Shown piece after piece: positions 9,504 through 19,261 of a stretch of 64,000 nucleotides of DNA. The DNA is from Elusimicrobiota bacterium (GTDB taxonomy: Bacteria > Elusimicrobiota > Elusimicrobia > Elusimicrobiales > UBA9959): the NCBI GenBank assembly GCA_012517235.1, contig JAAYVI010000037.1, positions 15,411 to 79,410 of the forward strand, in the 5' to 3' direction. Below the pieces are notes generated by a model. The model was not told the origin of the DNA. It made no database searches and was given only the letters and a program-made list of their open reading frames with translations. Position numbers and translations under genes: made by a program. Position 1 is the first letter of the stretch. Each line of letters begins with the position of its first letter.

Positions 9504-9932
9504 TTAATGTTCGTGGGGATGCTCTTTTCCGGCCGATCCCGCTACGGTAAGATAAGCGTTTTTAACTCCTTTTACGCCTTTTAATGAGTTAAAAAGATTT
9601 TCTATTTCCGAGCCTTTTCCTTTGACTACTACTATTTCAAAACAATTATCGTGATCCAAGTGTATATGCTGAGAAGATATTATAAGATGATGAAATTCGT
9701 GCTGTATGTCCGTGAGAGTTTCCGATATCATTCTTTTCCTGTGGTCGTATACCAGAGAAAGCGCCGCAGCCACTCTTTCTCCGGACATTTTAGATTTTTC
9801 TAACAAATAAGAATTTATAAGATCGGATATAGCTTTTGACCTTGTAGGATATTTCTCTTTTGCTATCTGCTCGTCAAATCTTAACAGTAAATCGTCTTCC
9901 AGAGATACGCCGAATCTTTTTAATTTTCCCAT
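9504..9932 (-). CDS. nikR: Nickel-responsive regulator NikR
   Basis: Ribbon-helix-helix N-terminus (KRFGVSLEDDLLLRFD) and a C-terminal metal site QHIHLDHDNC (HxHx5C as in E. coli NikR), plus a HPHEH tail. The ORF-track start is a TTG; ATG 9932 (MGKLKRF) is preferred. Confidence 0.85.
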   Translation of the reverse strand: MGKLKRFGVSLEDDLLLRFDEQIAKEKYPTRSKAISDLINSYLLEKSKMSGERVAAALSLVYDHRKRMISETLTDIQHEFHHLIISSQHIHLDHDNCFEIVVVKGKGSEIENLFNSLKGVKGVKNAYLTVAGSAGKEHPHEH

Positions 9933-9988
9933 AACCTTATTATACAAAAAAACAGAAATTTTATTGGATTAAGATAAGCGGGTTATTT

Positions 9989-10579
9989 TCAGTTATATTT
10001 TTTAATAGCGGTTATTATAAAGTCTTTCTTTTCTCTTATGGTTATATTTCTAAAACCGCTATTTGAAAGAATTATTTTAAAGGCATTATCGTCCGGTAGG
10101 AGATCTTTTTCCACTTCTTTACCCGCTTTCTTATGTATTCTATTTATTTCTTTTCTCATAAGCGAATGAGCTATTATCAATAATCCCCCGTTTTTAAGTA
10201 CGGTAAAAGCCTCGGAACATGCCGATAACGGTTCGGAAAAATGAGGAAAAACATTATACATAACTACGACATCGAAAAAATTATGAGGGAAAAAGTGTTT
10301 TTTTTCAAAATCAATAGTATAAATTTCGGCCAGAGGATATTTTTTTCGGGCTATTTTTACCATCTCGGGAGAAATATCGCAAGCAAAAACTTTTTTAAAA
10401 CGAGCTATTAAAAAAGGCAGCATTATTCCGGTTCCGCATCCCACGTCGATAACGGTTTTTCTTTGAGTATTTTTAGGAATTAAAGAAATTTTTAAAGCCG
10501 TAGAAAAATCACACGGCTTATGTATTTTATCCCATATTTTTGCTCTTTTTGAAAAAAAAGTCTTTACTTTTTTTACCAT
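9989..10579 (-). CDS. Class I SAM-dependent methyltransferase
   Basis: Motif I VIDVGCGTGIM. 196 aa. Confidence 0.75.
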   Translation of the reverse strand: MVKKVKTFFSKRAKIWDKIHKPCDFSTALKISLIPKNTQRKTVIDVGCGTGIMLPFLIARFKKVFACDISPEMVKIARKKYPLAEIYTIDFEKKHFFPHNFFDVVVMYNVFPHFSEPLSACSEAFTVLKNGGLLIIAHSLMRKEINRIHKKAGKEVEKDLLPDDNAFKIILSNSGFRNITIREKKDFIITAIKKYN

Positions 10580-10581
10580 TT

Positions 10582-11175
10582 TTAATCCTCAATTTGAAAT
10601 TTTACCGGTAAGACTCCGTAAGACTTTACCGGTAAGCCGTTTATAATAGCCGGAACAAATTTTGCTTTTTTAAGCGCTTCCGCTACGGATTTTGAAAACT
10701 CTTCTCCGGAACTTTCTATTATCGAAAAAGACGATATCTTTCCGGTTTCGTCTATAAATATTCCCACTTTCACATAACCGCTTTTTTTCATTTTTCTCGC
10801 GGCAATCGGATATCTCGGAGAAAATGTCCCTATTATTTTAGGTTCTTTTGATAAAGTATAAACATTGTTTCTTTTATCGTCCGGAAAGTCTCCCGTAATT
10901 TCTCCGGGATATTCGCCTAAAACCTCTTTTGTTTTTTCTAAATTTATATTGCCGCTTTTTTTAAAAACATCTTCTTCTCCGCCGATTTTACCGGAATATT
11001 TTGCATATTGACGAGAATTATTGGAATAATTCAAAAAAGATATTTCAAAGACTTTTTCGCGGCCGTTTTTAACGGCAGTCGATATTACGCTAAAAAATAA
11101 TAGCGCATGAACAAAAGCGGATATAAGAAAAGAAGAAGACAATTTTTCGTCTATTTCTCCAGACATTCCAAACAA
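10582..11175 (-). CDS. TonB-family energy transducer (C-terminal domain protein)
   Basis: N-terminal TM (FLISAFVHALLFFSVIS) and a C-terminal TonB_C-like segment (PRYPIAARKMKKSGYVKVGIFIDETGK...). The TTG start has AAGGAG 5 nt upstream. Confidence 0.7.
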   Translation of the reverse strand: MFGMSGEIDEKLSSSFLISAFVHALLFFSVISTAVKNGREKVFEISFLNYSNNSRQYAKYSGKIGGEEDVFKKSGNINLEKTKEVLGEYPGEITGDFPDDKRNNVYTLSKEPKIIGTFSPRYPIAARKMKKSGYVKVGIFIDETGKISSFSIIESSGEEFSKSVAEALKKAKFVPAIINGLPVKSYGVLPVKFQIED

Positions 11176-11738
11176 TAATCTCCTTTTTTAGTTTTTCTTA
11201 TTCTCGTTTCCATAACCGATTCGCCGCATTTATCGCATTTTACGGACTTAAATATTTTAGCTCTCGCGGGCAAAGGCATTTTAATTCTTTTTATATTCAA
11301 CAAATCTTCGTCTTTTTTAGTTAAAAGCTTTTTTTCTCTTTCTTTTTTAATTTTTTTAAATAGCGATTTTTCTTTATCGTTTGCCTTCCCGTGCAAAACT
11401 TTATTCATAAGAGAATAGAAATTTTCTTGAGCTTTATCGTTATTTTCGCTTTTAAAAGAGACTCTTACTCCTTTACCGTCTTTTCTGCTTAAGAGGAACA
11501 AAACCATTTTACCGTAATCTTTAAAGATAAGATTTCCTTTTCCGAAAGTACATCCGGTTAAAACGCTTACCGCATCCACAAAACAAGAGCTATTTTCTAC
11601 TATGGCAACTACTTCTTCGTCTTTGGCAAAAGAAGATTTTAAATTTTTCATCGCAGCCTTGGCGGCTCTATACCCCATTAATAATCCTCCGCATAAATGT
11701 CCGTGGAAATCAACGCATTTTTTTAAGTCTTTTTTCAT
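11151..11738 (-). CDS. FmdE-family protein with C-terminal zinc ribbon
   Basis: CVDFHGHLCGGLLMGYRAA (FHGH.C.G motif of the FmdE domain). The C-terminus is CDKCGES...DYCLEC. AAGGAGG RBS. Confidence 0.75.
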   Translation of the reverse strand: MKKDLKKCVDFHGHLCGGLLMGYRAAKAAMKNLKSSFAKDEEVVAIVENSSCFVDAVSVLTGCTFGKGNLIFKDYGKMVLFLLSRKDGKGVRVSFKSENNDKAQENFYSLMNKVLHGKANDKEKSLFKKIKKEREKKLLTKKDEDLLNIKRIKMPLPARAKIFKSVKCDKCGESVMETRIRKTKKGDYCLECLEK

Positions 11739-11751
11739 ATCGTCCTCCTTT

Positions 11752-12501
11752 TCAATACAAAGCGTAGATTTTATTGTCTTTTTTTATTATTTCGCAATCC
11801 ACTTTGAATATTTTTTTTGCGGTTTCCGAGGTAAAAGCTTCGGTTTTACCCGCAAAAACTATTTCCCCTTTATCGAGTATTAGAATTTCCGAACAAAATC
11901 TTAAGGCCATATTCAAATCGTGCAAGACGCATATCGTAACCATATTTTTTTCGACTGTTTTTTGCGCCGTCAACCTCATTATTTCGGACTGATTTTTTAT
12001 ATCCAAATTATTTAAAGGTTCGTCCAAAAGCAATATTTCGGGATCTTTTGCCAATGCTTGCGCTATTAAAGTTTTCTGCAGCTCCCCTCCGCTTATTTCT
12101 TCCACACTTTTATCTTTTATATGTTCCAGCCCCAATTCTTTTATTACTTTGTAAACGGATTTTCTATCGCTTTCCGTTTCATAATACGACATGAATGGTA
12201 TTCTTCCGGATAACACGCTTTCTATTACCGTCATATTAGGAAGGGAATCCGGTTTTTGGCGAACATATGCCATAAATCTGGAAATTTCTTTTAAAGATAT
12301 TTTTTCCAGGTTTTTTCCTTCTATTAATATTTCTCCTCGTTGCGGAGACAAAATAGAAGCGATATTTTTTATTGTCGTTGTTTTTCCGCAGCCGTTAGGC
12401 CCCATTAAAGCGGTAAATATCCCTCTTTTAAAACAATGGGATATTCCTCTTAAAACACGGTTTTTTCCGTATGAAAAGCAAAGAGATTTTAGTTCTATCA
12501 T
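11752..12501 (-). CDS. ABC transporter ATPase, FecE/BtuD (iron-chelate/corrinoid) type
   Basis: Walker A GPNGCGKTT, signature SGGELQ, Walker B LLLDEP. Start ATG 12501 forms an ATGA overlap with the permease stop. Confidence 0.9.
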   Translation of the reverse strand: MIELKSLCFSYGKNRVLRGISHCFKRGIFTALMGPNGCGKTTTIKNIASILSPQRGEILIEGKNLEKISLKEISRFMAYVRQKPDSLPNMTVIESVLSGRIPFMSYYETESDRKSVYKVIKELGLEHIKDKSVEEISGGELQKTLIAQALAKDPEILLLDEPLNNLDIKNQSEIMRLTAQKTVEKNMVTICVLHDLNMALRFCSEILILDKGEIVFAGKTEAFTSETAKKIFKVDCEIIKKDNKIYALY

Positions 12502-13556
12502 TTTTGACCTTTTAAAATTAAAAAAATTAATAATGGTATTCCCCAAAATGATGTTATTATGCCTACGGGTATTACGGCCGGAGCTAAAATAAATCTTGAA
12601 ACCATATCGGAAAGGAGAAGCACTATTGAACCTAAAATTGCTGACATAGGTAAGAAATATTTATTGTCGCTGCCTACGATAATTTTTGCCAAGTGAGGCG
12701 AGATCAGCCCTATAAAACCTATTACTCCCAAAAAAGCCGTCGTAGCGGCCGTAAGGACAGATATTAATAGTATTGAAATTAGATTAAATTGCTTCACTTT
12801 TACTCCTAAAGTTTTTGCTATGTCTTTTCCCCATAAAATAGCATTGAGTTTAGCGGCCGAAAAGAAAAAAAATAAAAATATCGGAATGAAAAAAAACAAA
12901 ATGATATAAACAAATCTATAATCTCCTTTAGATATGTCTCCGAAAGTCCAAAACAGAGTCGCCGCGGCTTTGGTTTCGCTGGTAAAATATTGCATAAACA
13001 TCGTAATCGCTTGGAAAAGAGAGCCCAATGCGACACCCGTCAAAACAATCGTATTTGGGGCGGCATCTTTAAAATAAGCCATTAAAAAAACAAAAAAACC
13101 GGCGGATAAAGCTCCGATAAAAGCAAATACTACCGTCACGGGATAGGAGGATATGGAAACCGCTTCCCCGTAAGAAGACATCGTTCCTCCTCCTAAAAAA
13201 ATTATGGCAAAAGAAGCACCGAAAGCCGCTCCCTGAGATATTCCCAAAGTAAAAGGGGAAGCCATAGGATTTTTTAAAATATTTTGAGCTACCGCTCCGC
13301 ATAAAGATAAAGATGCGCCGGCAAAAATTGCGCTAATTATTCTAACAACTCTTATGTTAAAAAATACGTATTTTTCATTTTCAGTGAGACTACCGCCGAA
13401 AACCTTGAGTGGAGATATGGCTATTTCACCCATAAAAGAAGATAAACCGAATAAAAAAAATAAGAAAATAAAAGAAGAAAATAAAAAAATCAGTTTTAAC
13501 TTTTTTTTATTTTCATGCTCTCGATAAAACTCAAATTCTTTGGAAATATATTTCAT
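12498..13556 (-). CDS. FecCD/BtuC-family ABC permease
   Basis: 352 aa with about 9-10 TM segments and typical FecCD composition (NPMASPFTLGISQGAAFG). Confidence 0.85.
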   Translation of the reverse strand: MKYISKEFEFYREHENKKKLKLIFLFSSFIFLFFLFGLSSFMGEIAISPLKVFGGSLTENEKYVFFNIRVVRIISAIFAGASLSLCGAVAQNILKNPMASPFTLGISQGAAFGASFAIIFLGGGTMSSYGEAVSISSYPVTVVFAFIGALSAGFFVFLMAYFKDAAPNTIVLTGVALGSLFQAITMFMQYFTSETKAAATLFWTFGDISKGDYRFVYIILFFFIPIFLFFFFSAAKLNAILWGKDIAKTLGVKVKQFNLISILLISVLTAATTAFLGVIGFIGLISPHLAKIIVGSDNKYFLPMSAILGSIVLLLSDMVSRFILAPAVIPVGIITSFWGIPLLIFLILKGQK

Positions 13557-14610
13557 CTTTTTGCGATATTCTCTTATAAAATCTTTTTTCTTCGGTAAAA
13601 TAATGATATACGTCTTTACCTAAAAAATCTTTGATTATTTCCGCGGCTTTTTTATCAATATTCAAATCAGAAAAACTTTCCGGAAAAAGAATTTTTCCTA
13701 TAAAATACGCGTTTGCAAAAACTATTTCGACATTCGTAGTATAATAATTGTAGGGTAAAGTAGTATAAACATTTCTTTTTTTGAAAGCTTTTAATGTAAG
13801 ATAATAATTTTTACTTTTATTATAATCGTCTATGAACGCATCCAGCCCTCCAGAATCTAAAAATATATACTCCGGATTTAAAACGGCCAACTTTTCTTTA
13901 TCTATGAAAATATGAAGCGGTTTTTCTTGAGAATCTATTACGCTCTTTAATCCTAATAGAGAAAAAGGCTCATATAAGTATTGAGTACTAAGTATTCCTT
14001 GAGAACCCTTAAATCCCAATCCTCCTACATAAATTTCCGGATTTAATTTTCCGGCCGAACGTTTGGAGAGGTCCGAAACATAATAATCTATTCTTTTTAA
14101 CAAAAAATTAGCTCTATCCTCGGCCGCTAATATCTTTCCCAAAGAAATCAATGTTTTCTTAAATTTTTCCAGCTCAAAAGTCCCCAAGTTCCCATAGTCG
14201 GCGTTAAATACGGGGATACCGGTTTTAGCGGAGATTGACGAAGACAAAGCAAAATCTGCCGAACAAAGAACTATCAAATCGGGACGCAGCATCAATATTT
14301 TTTCATAATCCGGAATTTTATCCGGTCCGCCTTCGGAAATAATAGGCAGTTTTTTAAAAATTTCTCTATATGCCGCGTTATAAGGTCTTCCTTGAGGATA
14401 TTTTATTTCTATATTTTCCGTAGCTATAAGTTTTTCTGTTTTCCCCAAGTAAGAGATTAAACGAGCTGCGCCCGGCCCGATCGCTATTATTTTTTCCGGA
14501 GTTTTAGGCAGTTCTATTTTTTTCCCGTAGGAATCGTAATATATTTCGCAAAAAGAATTTGAAATTAAAAAAAATATAAACAATAAACAATTAATTTTTA
14601 TGGTTTCCAT
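13531..14610 (-). CDS. Periplasmic substrate-binding protein, class III (iron-chelate/cobalamin type)
   Basis: Signal peptide, PEKIIAIGPGAARL and RPDLIV motifs typical of the FhuD/BtuF family. Confidence 0.8.
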   Translation of the reverse strand: METIKINCLLFIFFLISNSFCEIYYDSYGKKIELPKTPEKIIAIGPGAARLISYLGKTEKLIATENIEIKYPQGRPYNAAYREIFKKLPIISEGGPDKIPDYEKILMLRPDLIVLCSADFALSSSISAKTGIPVFNADYGNLGTFELEKFKKTLISLGKILAAEDRANFLLKRIDYYVSDLSKRSAGKLNPEIYVGGLGFKGSQGILSTQYLYEPFSLLGLKSVIDSQEKPLHIFIDKEKLAVLNPEYIFLDSGGLDAFIDDYNKSKNYYLTLKAFKKRNVYTTLPYNYYTTNVEIVFANAYFIGKILFPESFSDLNIDKKAAEIIKDFLGKDVYHYFTEEKRFYKRISQKDEIYFQRI

Positions 14611-15344
14611 ACCAGTATTCCTTTCAAAGCTTGCGTTTCCATTATGACTTTATCCGATGGGAACTCTTTTTTTAAAAAAGAAACTATAAGATTTCTATTC
14701 GGCCGCTTACCTTCAAGCCTTACTCTCGAAGATAACTCCCTGTAAGCTTCTTCAATGTCTCCGCGCCAATTCCACGAAGATTCAAAAATTTCTTCTTTAA
14801 ATTTTATTTTTCTTTTTATCAATATATCCTTAAGATTATAAAATCCTTTTGGCATATACGGAGATATTCCGTGTAATAAAAGAACTTTATCGGCTATATC
14901 GTTTTTTCTTTTACCGGCCCATCCTATAAAAACACAATCCCCTTTTGTTAGCGACTCCATTTTTATCACGTCTTCTTCCGTTTTTATCGCCGGAGTCATT
15001 GAAGCAAAAGCTATGTCAAAGTATTTATATTTGCCGGCACAATCCCATTGTTCAAAAAGGGCTTGTTCGAAAAAAATATTTTTTATATTGCTATTTTTCA
15101 CTTGCTTTGAAAAATAATATATCATCTCGCTCGAAAAATCCAAACCAAAAACTTCGGCCGCTAGGTCGGCAAAAAGAATCGAATAATTGCCCGGTCCGCA
15201 TCCTATATCCAATATTTTTTTATGGTCAAAACAAACTCCCAATTTTTTTAATCTCGACATCGTTTCATTAAAAGATTTTATATTGTCTTTATCGTAAGCT
15301 TTAGGGTACTTTTCCGCTTTTATATTCCAAAAATTTTGATTCAT
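14598..15344 (-). CDS. Class I SAM-dependent methyltransferase (second copy in the locus)
   Basis: Motif I ILDIGCGPGNYS. It overlaps the downstream binding-protein gene by 13 nt. Confidence 0.75.
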   Translation of the reverse strand: MNQNFWNIKAEKYPKAYDKDNIKSFNETMSRLKKLGVCFDHKKILDIGCGPGNYSILFADLAAEVFGLDFSSEMIYYFSKQVKNSNIKNIFFEQALFEQWDCAGKYKYFDIAFASMTPAIKTEEDVIKMESLTKGDCVFIGWAGKRKNDIADKVLLLHGISPYMPKGFYNLKDILIKRKIKFKEEIFESSWNWRGDIEEAYRELSSRVRLEGKRPNRNLIVSFLKKEFPSDKVIMETQALKGILVWKP

Positions 15345-15354
15345 TTTTTTTATT

Positions 15355-17448
15355 TTAAAAAGATGCTTTTAAAGTTACTCCGCCTATCCTTCCGGCCATA
15401 GGATATCCGTATTTTTCAGAATATTTTTCATTGAACAAATTTTCGCAATAAGCGGAAAATTCCAAACTTTTATTGTACTTTAATTTATATTCCAAGGCAA
15501 AAAGAGAATAAGAAGATAGAACCGCAAGTTTATACTTATATGTTCCGGTTTTATAACTATAAACGGTTTTCTGATTGTCGGTAAATCTCCAAGAACCAGA
15601 AAAAGAAGATTTTTGACTCAAATAATATTGAACACCGATATTTGATTTGATTTTTGGCATATAATCCAATTCTTTCGATGTCCCGCTATCGTAGGGATCA
15701 TAGCCTTTTTTTGATTTTTGAAAAGAAAGATTGGCATAATAATCCATTTTTTTATTTTTTTTACCTCTGTAATCGGCAGAAAAACCGTATATGCGCACAT
15801 TGTCTATATTATAAACCGCCCTGCCGGAACCCGAGTTGATATCTGTTCTGAACATTATATAATTGTCTATATTGTAGTTGTATGCCGATAAAGTCAAGTA
15901 ATTCTCTTCTAATATTTTTTTGGAAAAAGAAAATTCCAGAGCCTGATTTTTTTCCGATTTAAGACTATTCGTCCCTCCCGTAATACCGCTCGACCACCAA
16001 TAGACTTCCGGCATTCCGGGCGTTCTCGATTTAATATAAGCTTTTAAAGAAATCTTATTTTCTTGCGAAAGATTCCAAGATAAACCCGCAGAAGGACTTA
16101 ATGACGAGTCATTGAGAGTTTTAACAGAAGATCCGTTAATAGGATTAACTTTATAGTCGTCATAACGTAATCCGCCTTCCAATAAAATTTTTTCAGACAG
16201 CGAAATTCTATCTTTGGCGTAATAAGCCCAAATTTTCCCCTCTTGACTGGCGGGTCCTCCCGTATAAGTTAAGTTATTGTTATAAGCTAAATCGTAATAA
16301 TATACGTTAATATCGCCAAAACCCAAATATTTATATTCCGCTCCCATTTCGAAGGAATTATTTTCTTTTTCTCCGGAAACATTAAAAGCGGTCCCCCAGC
16401 TTCTATCCGATTCCACTTTTCTATTAAGCACCAATAGTCCGTCTTGATATCCGGTTTTTATAAGATTTGAAGAATAATTTTTCTCAAATCTATTTTCTAT
16501 ATTTTTATACGCTTTAAATTCGCAATAAAACGAATATATCGGCTGTTTATATCCGAAATCAAGATATGTTTTTTCCTTTTCCCAAAAGGCGCCCGGCCCG
16601 GGTTGAAATATATTTTGATTTCCGGTGCCCGGAGCTATTACTTCTCCGAAAGCCAAGGGATAGTTCTCATCGTATTTTTGATAAAAAAGAGGGTTAGAAG
16701 GGTCCGCAGATTTTCTGTTATTTCTTATAAAACCTCTATTTGTATTGGAATAATTTCCTCCGATTTCCATTAAACCTTCGTAGGGCATATCGAAAAATAA
16801 ATTTATCCCGGCGTTTTTAGCCGCGTAGTCGTTATTCCAAAAAAATTCGTCCGCTTTCCCGTAACTTGCGCTAAAAGAATATCCGAATAGTCCTTTTTTC
16901 CAAGAATTGTATACTCTGTAATTTTGAATATAATCTATATCTTGCGCCAAAGAATAATTGGCAAAAAAACCGCTTTTCATTTCTTCGGAGGGAGGATTTG
17001 TTTTTATATTTATTACTCCTCCCAAAGCATTATTGCCGTATTTAACGTCGGATCCTCCTTTTATTAACTCTACCTTTTCTATATTATCCAGAGGAAGAGT
17101 AGACCAATCTATATAATACCCTCCGACTACGCCCGCGGCATTAAGGCTTCTTCCGTTAAGATTTAAAAGCAACCTATTTGAAGAAAGTCCGCGAATTGCC
17201 AACATATCCGCATTGTCGCTTACTATAGTTCTTCTTCTGATATCTACTTCCGGTTCGTTTTTTAATATGTCCGGCAAATATATATTTCTGCCTTTTTCCA
17301 CCGATTTAGTCGAAAAATCCGATATATTTTCGTCTTTCAAAGATTTTTCCGAAACTATTATTTCGCTGAAATTACCTTCGTAATAGCCAAAAGCGGATAA
17401 ATTGTAAAAGGCCAAAATTACAAAAATTGTTATTTTTTTAAAGTCCAT
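15355..17448 (-). CDS. TonB-dependent outer-membrane receptor
   Basis: Plug-domain motifs (IRGLSSNRLLLNLNGRSLN; VEKVELIKGGSDVKYGNNALGGVINI), a long beta-barrel region and a terminal F. Start ATG 17448 has AGGAGA upstream; the track start is a GTG. Confidence 0.9.
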   Translation of the reverse strand: MDFKKITIFVILAFYNLSAFGYYEGNFSEIIVSEKSLKDENISDFSTKSVEKGRNIYLPDILKNEPEVDIRRRTIVSDNADMLAIRGLSSNRLLLNLNGRSLNAAGVVGGYYIDWSTLPLDNIEKVELIKGGSDVKYGNNALGGVINIKTNPPSEEMKSGFFANYSLAQDIDYIQNYRVYNSWKKGLFGYSFSASYGKADEFFWNNDYAAKNAGINLFFDMPYEGLMEIGGNYSNTNRGFIRNNRKSADPSNPLFYQKYDENYPLAFGEVIAPGTGNQNIFQPGPGAFWEKEKTYLDFGYKQPIYSFYCEFKAYKNIENRFEKNYSSNLIKTGYQDGLLVLNRKVESDRSWGTAFNVSGEKENNSFEMGAEYKYLGFGDINVYYYDLAYNNNLTYTGGPASQEGKIWAYYAKDRISLSEKILLEGGLRYDDYKVNPINGSSVKTLNDSSLSPSAGLSWNLSQENKISLKAYIKSRTPGMPEVYWWSSGITGGTNSLKSEKNQALEFSFSKKILEENYLTLSAYNYNIDNYIMFRTDINSGSGRAVYNIDNVRIYGFSADYRGKKNKKMDYYANLSFQKSKKGYDPYDSGTSKELDYMPKIKSNIGVQYYLSQKSSFSGSWRFTDNQKTVYSYKTGTYKYKLAVLSSYSLFALEYKLKYNKSLEFSAYCENLFNEKYSEKYGYPMAGRIGGVTLKASF

Positions 17449-17476
17449 ACTATTCTCCTGTAACACGTTTATTAAA

Positions 17477-17505
17477 AATGTAGCATATATGTTTTATTAT
17501 GTCAA
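17477..17505 (-). promoter_or_regulatory. Candidate sigma70-type promoter of the TonB-dependent receptor operon
   Basis: On the minus strand: TTGACA (17505-17500), a 17-nt spacer, then TACATT (17482-17477). The spacer contains the 8-nt palindrome CATATATG. Confidence 0.5.
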
Positions 17506-17528
17506 TACTCGTCAAGGCCGGTAAAAAA

Positions 17529-18353
17529 TTAGTTTTTTGAAAAATATTTTGATTTTAAAAAAGTAAATATTGAAACTATGGTTAAAAAAAATCCGAAAGA
17601 GGCTATAACCGTCGGCCCCGTAGGACTATCTAATTTTGCGGATAAAAAAAGTCCTATCATAGTTATTAAAGTTCCCGAAAACCATGAAAATATTATTCTG
17701 GATTTAAACGTACCGCATAAAAGTACCGAAATAACCGCCGGTATTATTAAAAAAGTAAATACCAAGAAAACTCCCGCCAGTTCTACGGAGCTTGTAACTA
17801 CTACTCCGAAAAGAGAGTAAAACAGAAAATCCCACATTCGAAGATTTTTCAGATTCTCCGATTTAGCCGGATTGAAAGATATGCTCATAAATTTATCTCT
17901 AAAAAAATAATGCAAAATTCCTATAAAAGAATATAAAAAAGCCGTTTTTATTATTTGCTCTTTGCTTACAAATAAAATATTGCCTACGAGCATTTCTTTA
18001 ATATGTTGGGCTTCCGCGGGAAGTTTGTCTAAAATCAAAATACTAACCGCCGCGCTTAACACATACACTATGCCTATAACGGCTTCCTGAGGGATTTCTT
18101 TATTTTTTCCTCCTCTGTAAAAAGAAAAAATCACGGAACCCAACAATGTAAAGGCAAGAGAAAAAAAATAAGATCCTCGGCTATGAAGATCTTGACCGAA
18201 AAAGATAGAAACTATCGCTCCGCAGGCGGCTAACTGAGCCAAAGACAAATCCGCAAATATTACTCCTCTTGCAAGTATGTGTAGTCCCAAATACGAATGA
18301 ATTCCTATGAGTATTATCGATACAAAAAAAGCCGGAAGCATAATCTCTAACAT
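17529..18353 (-). CDS. Metal (Zn/Mn) ABC transporter permease, ZnuB/TroCD family
   Basis: 274 aa with 8-9 TM segments and typical ABC-3 family sequence (ADLSLAQLAACGA). Confidence 0.8.
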   Translation of the reverse strand: MLEIMLPAFFVSIILIGIHSYLGLHILARGVIFADLSLAQLAACGAIVSIFFGQDLHSRGSYFFSLAFTLLGSVIFSFYRGGKNKEIPQEAVIGIVYVLSAAVSILILDKLPAEAQHIKEMLVGNILFVSKEQIIKTAFLYSFIGILHYFFRDKFMSISFNPAKSENLKNLRMWDFLFYSLFGVVVTSSVELAGVFLVFTFLIIPAVISVLLCGTFKSRIIFSWFSGTLITMIGLFLSAKLDSPTGPTVIASFGFFLTIVSIFTFLKSKYFSKN

Positions 18354-18366
18354 AAAATCCCCCGAT

Positions 18367-19251
18367 CTAATCTTTTATTTTTTTTATTATTACGTCAAAT
18401 AAAGAAAAATAATCCGAAGCCGAATTCTCTCCCGCTACCGACGAAGGTATAACTATTAATCGAGCACCGGTTTTATTTGCTATTTCTTTAGGAGTGTTTA
18501 AGGAATAAAAATTATCTACGAGTATTATTTTTATTTTTTCTTTTTTTATAAGCTCAAATAAAAAAGATAAGTGATTTGCATTTGGCGGTATTCCGGGTTT
18601 AGGCTCTATATTTGCCGCAACTTGCAAATCGAAAGCTTGAGCAAAATAAATCCAAGAGTTATGATAAGTAATTATTTTTTCTCCGGCAAAAGCCGACATA
18701 TCGGACTTCCAGACTTTCATTTTATCGTCTATTTTTCGGCAAAAATCCGAATATCTTTTTTCAAAATACTCTTTTTTTTCCGGTTTAATACGCAAAAGAC
18801 CCAATTTTATATTTTTAGCTATTATTTTTCCGTTTTCCGGATTCAGCCAATAATGAGGATTGCCGAATATATGTATATCGCCGGAAGAACCGTCTATTTT
18901 TTTATCCGGTTTTTGCATTATATCTATACCCGCGGAAGCGTCGACATATCCTTCTTTGCCGTAAAAAATTTTTTCGTTTTTTGCGGCATTTATCAAAGAA
19001 TCCGTCCACATATCCAAATCCAAACCTATTTTTACGACCATATCGGCTTTCTTAAGTTTAAATACCATACTCGGTCTCGGTTCTATAAAATGTATATCGA
19101 AACCTCCCGGAGAAAGAGATTCTACGGATACCTCTTCTCCCCCTACATATTCCGCTATGCTTTTCAAGTCTTGAGACGAAGCGATAATATTTATTTTCGC
19201 ATAGGAAGGAATCGATAAAAACAAAAATAGAGATAAAGATAATATTTTCAT
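18367..19251 (-). CDS. Metal-binding periplasmic protein, ZnuA/TroA (cluster A-I) family
   Basis: Signal peptide MKILSLSLFLFLSIPSYA. Family motifs include DIHFIEPRPS, GNPHYWLNP and YHNSW. ATG 19251 is preceded by GGAGAA. Confidence 0.85.
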   Translation of the reverse strand: MKILSLSLFLFLSIPSYAKINIIASSQDLKSIAEYVGGEEVSVESLSPGGFDIHFIEPRPSMVFKLKKADMVVKIGLDLDMWTDSLINAAKNEKIFYGKEGYVDASAGIDIMQKPDKKIDGSSGDIHIFGNPHYWLNPENGKIIAKNIKLGLLRIKPEKKEYFEKRYSDFCRKIDDKMKVWKSDMSAFAGEKIITYHNSWIYFAQAFDLQVAANIEPKPGIPPNANHLSFLFELIKKEKIKIILVDNFYSLNTPKEIANKTGARLIVIPSSVAGENSASDYFSLFDVIIKKIKD

Positions 19252-19261
19252 TTTTTTCTCC

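Noticed and set aside
17460-17486. GTGTTAC (minus strand, 17466-17460) between the predicted TSS and the SD of the TonB-dependent receptor gene. It resembles one half of the GTGTTAC-N13/14-GTAACAC NikR operator I recall from comparative genomics. ATGCTAC lies 13 nt upstream.
   Set aside because: Only a half-site is present. The partner is a direct 5/7 match rather than an inverted one, and a 7-mer can occur by chance. It is mentioned as something to test under the nikR finding, not called as a feature.
17449-17528. Looked for a cobalamin riboswitch upstream of the TonB-dependent/BtuCDF-like locus.
   Set aside because: The intergenic region is only about 80 nt and is taken up by a promoter and SD. 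There is no room for a roughly 200-nt cobalamin aptamer and no B12-box-like sequence.
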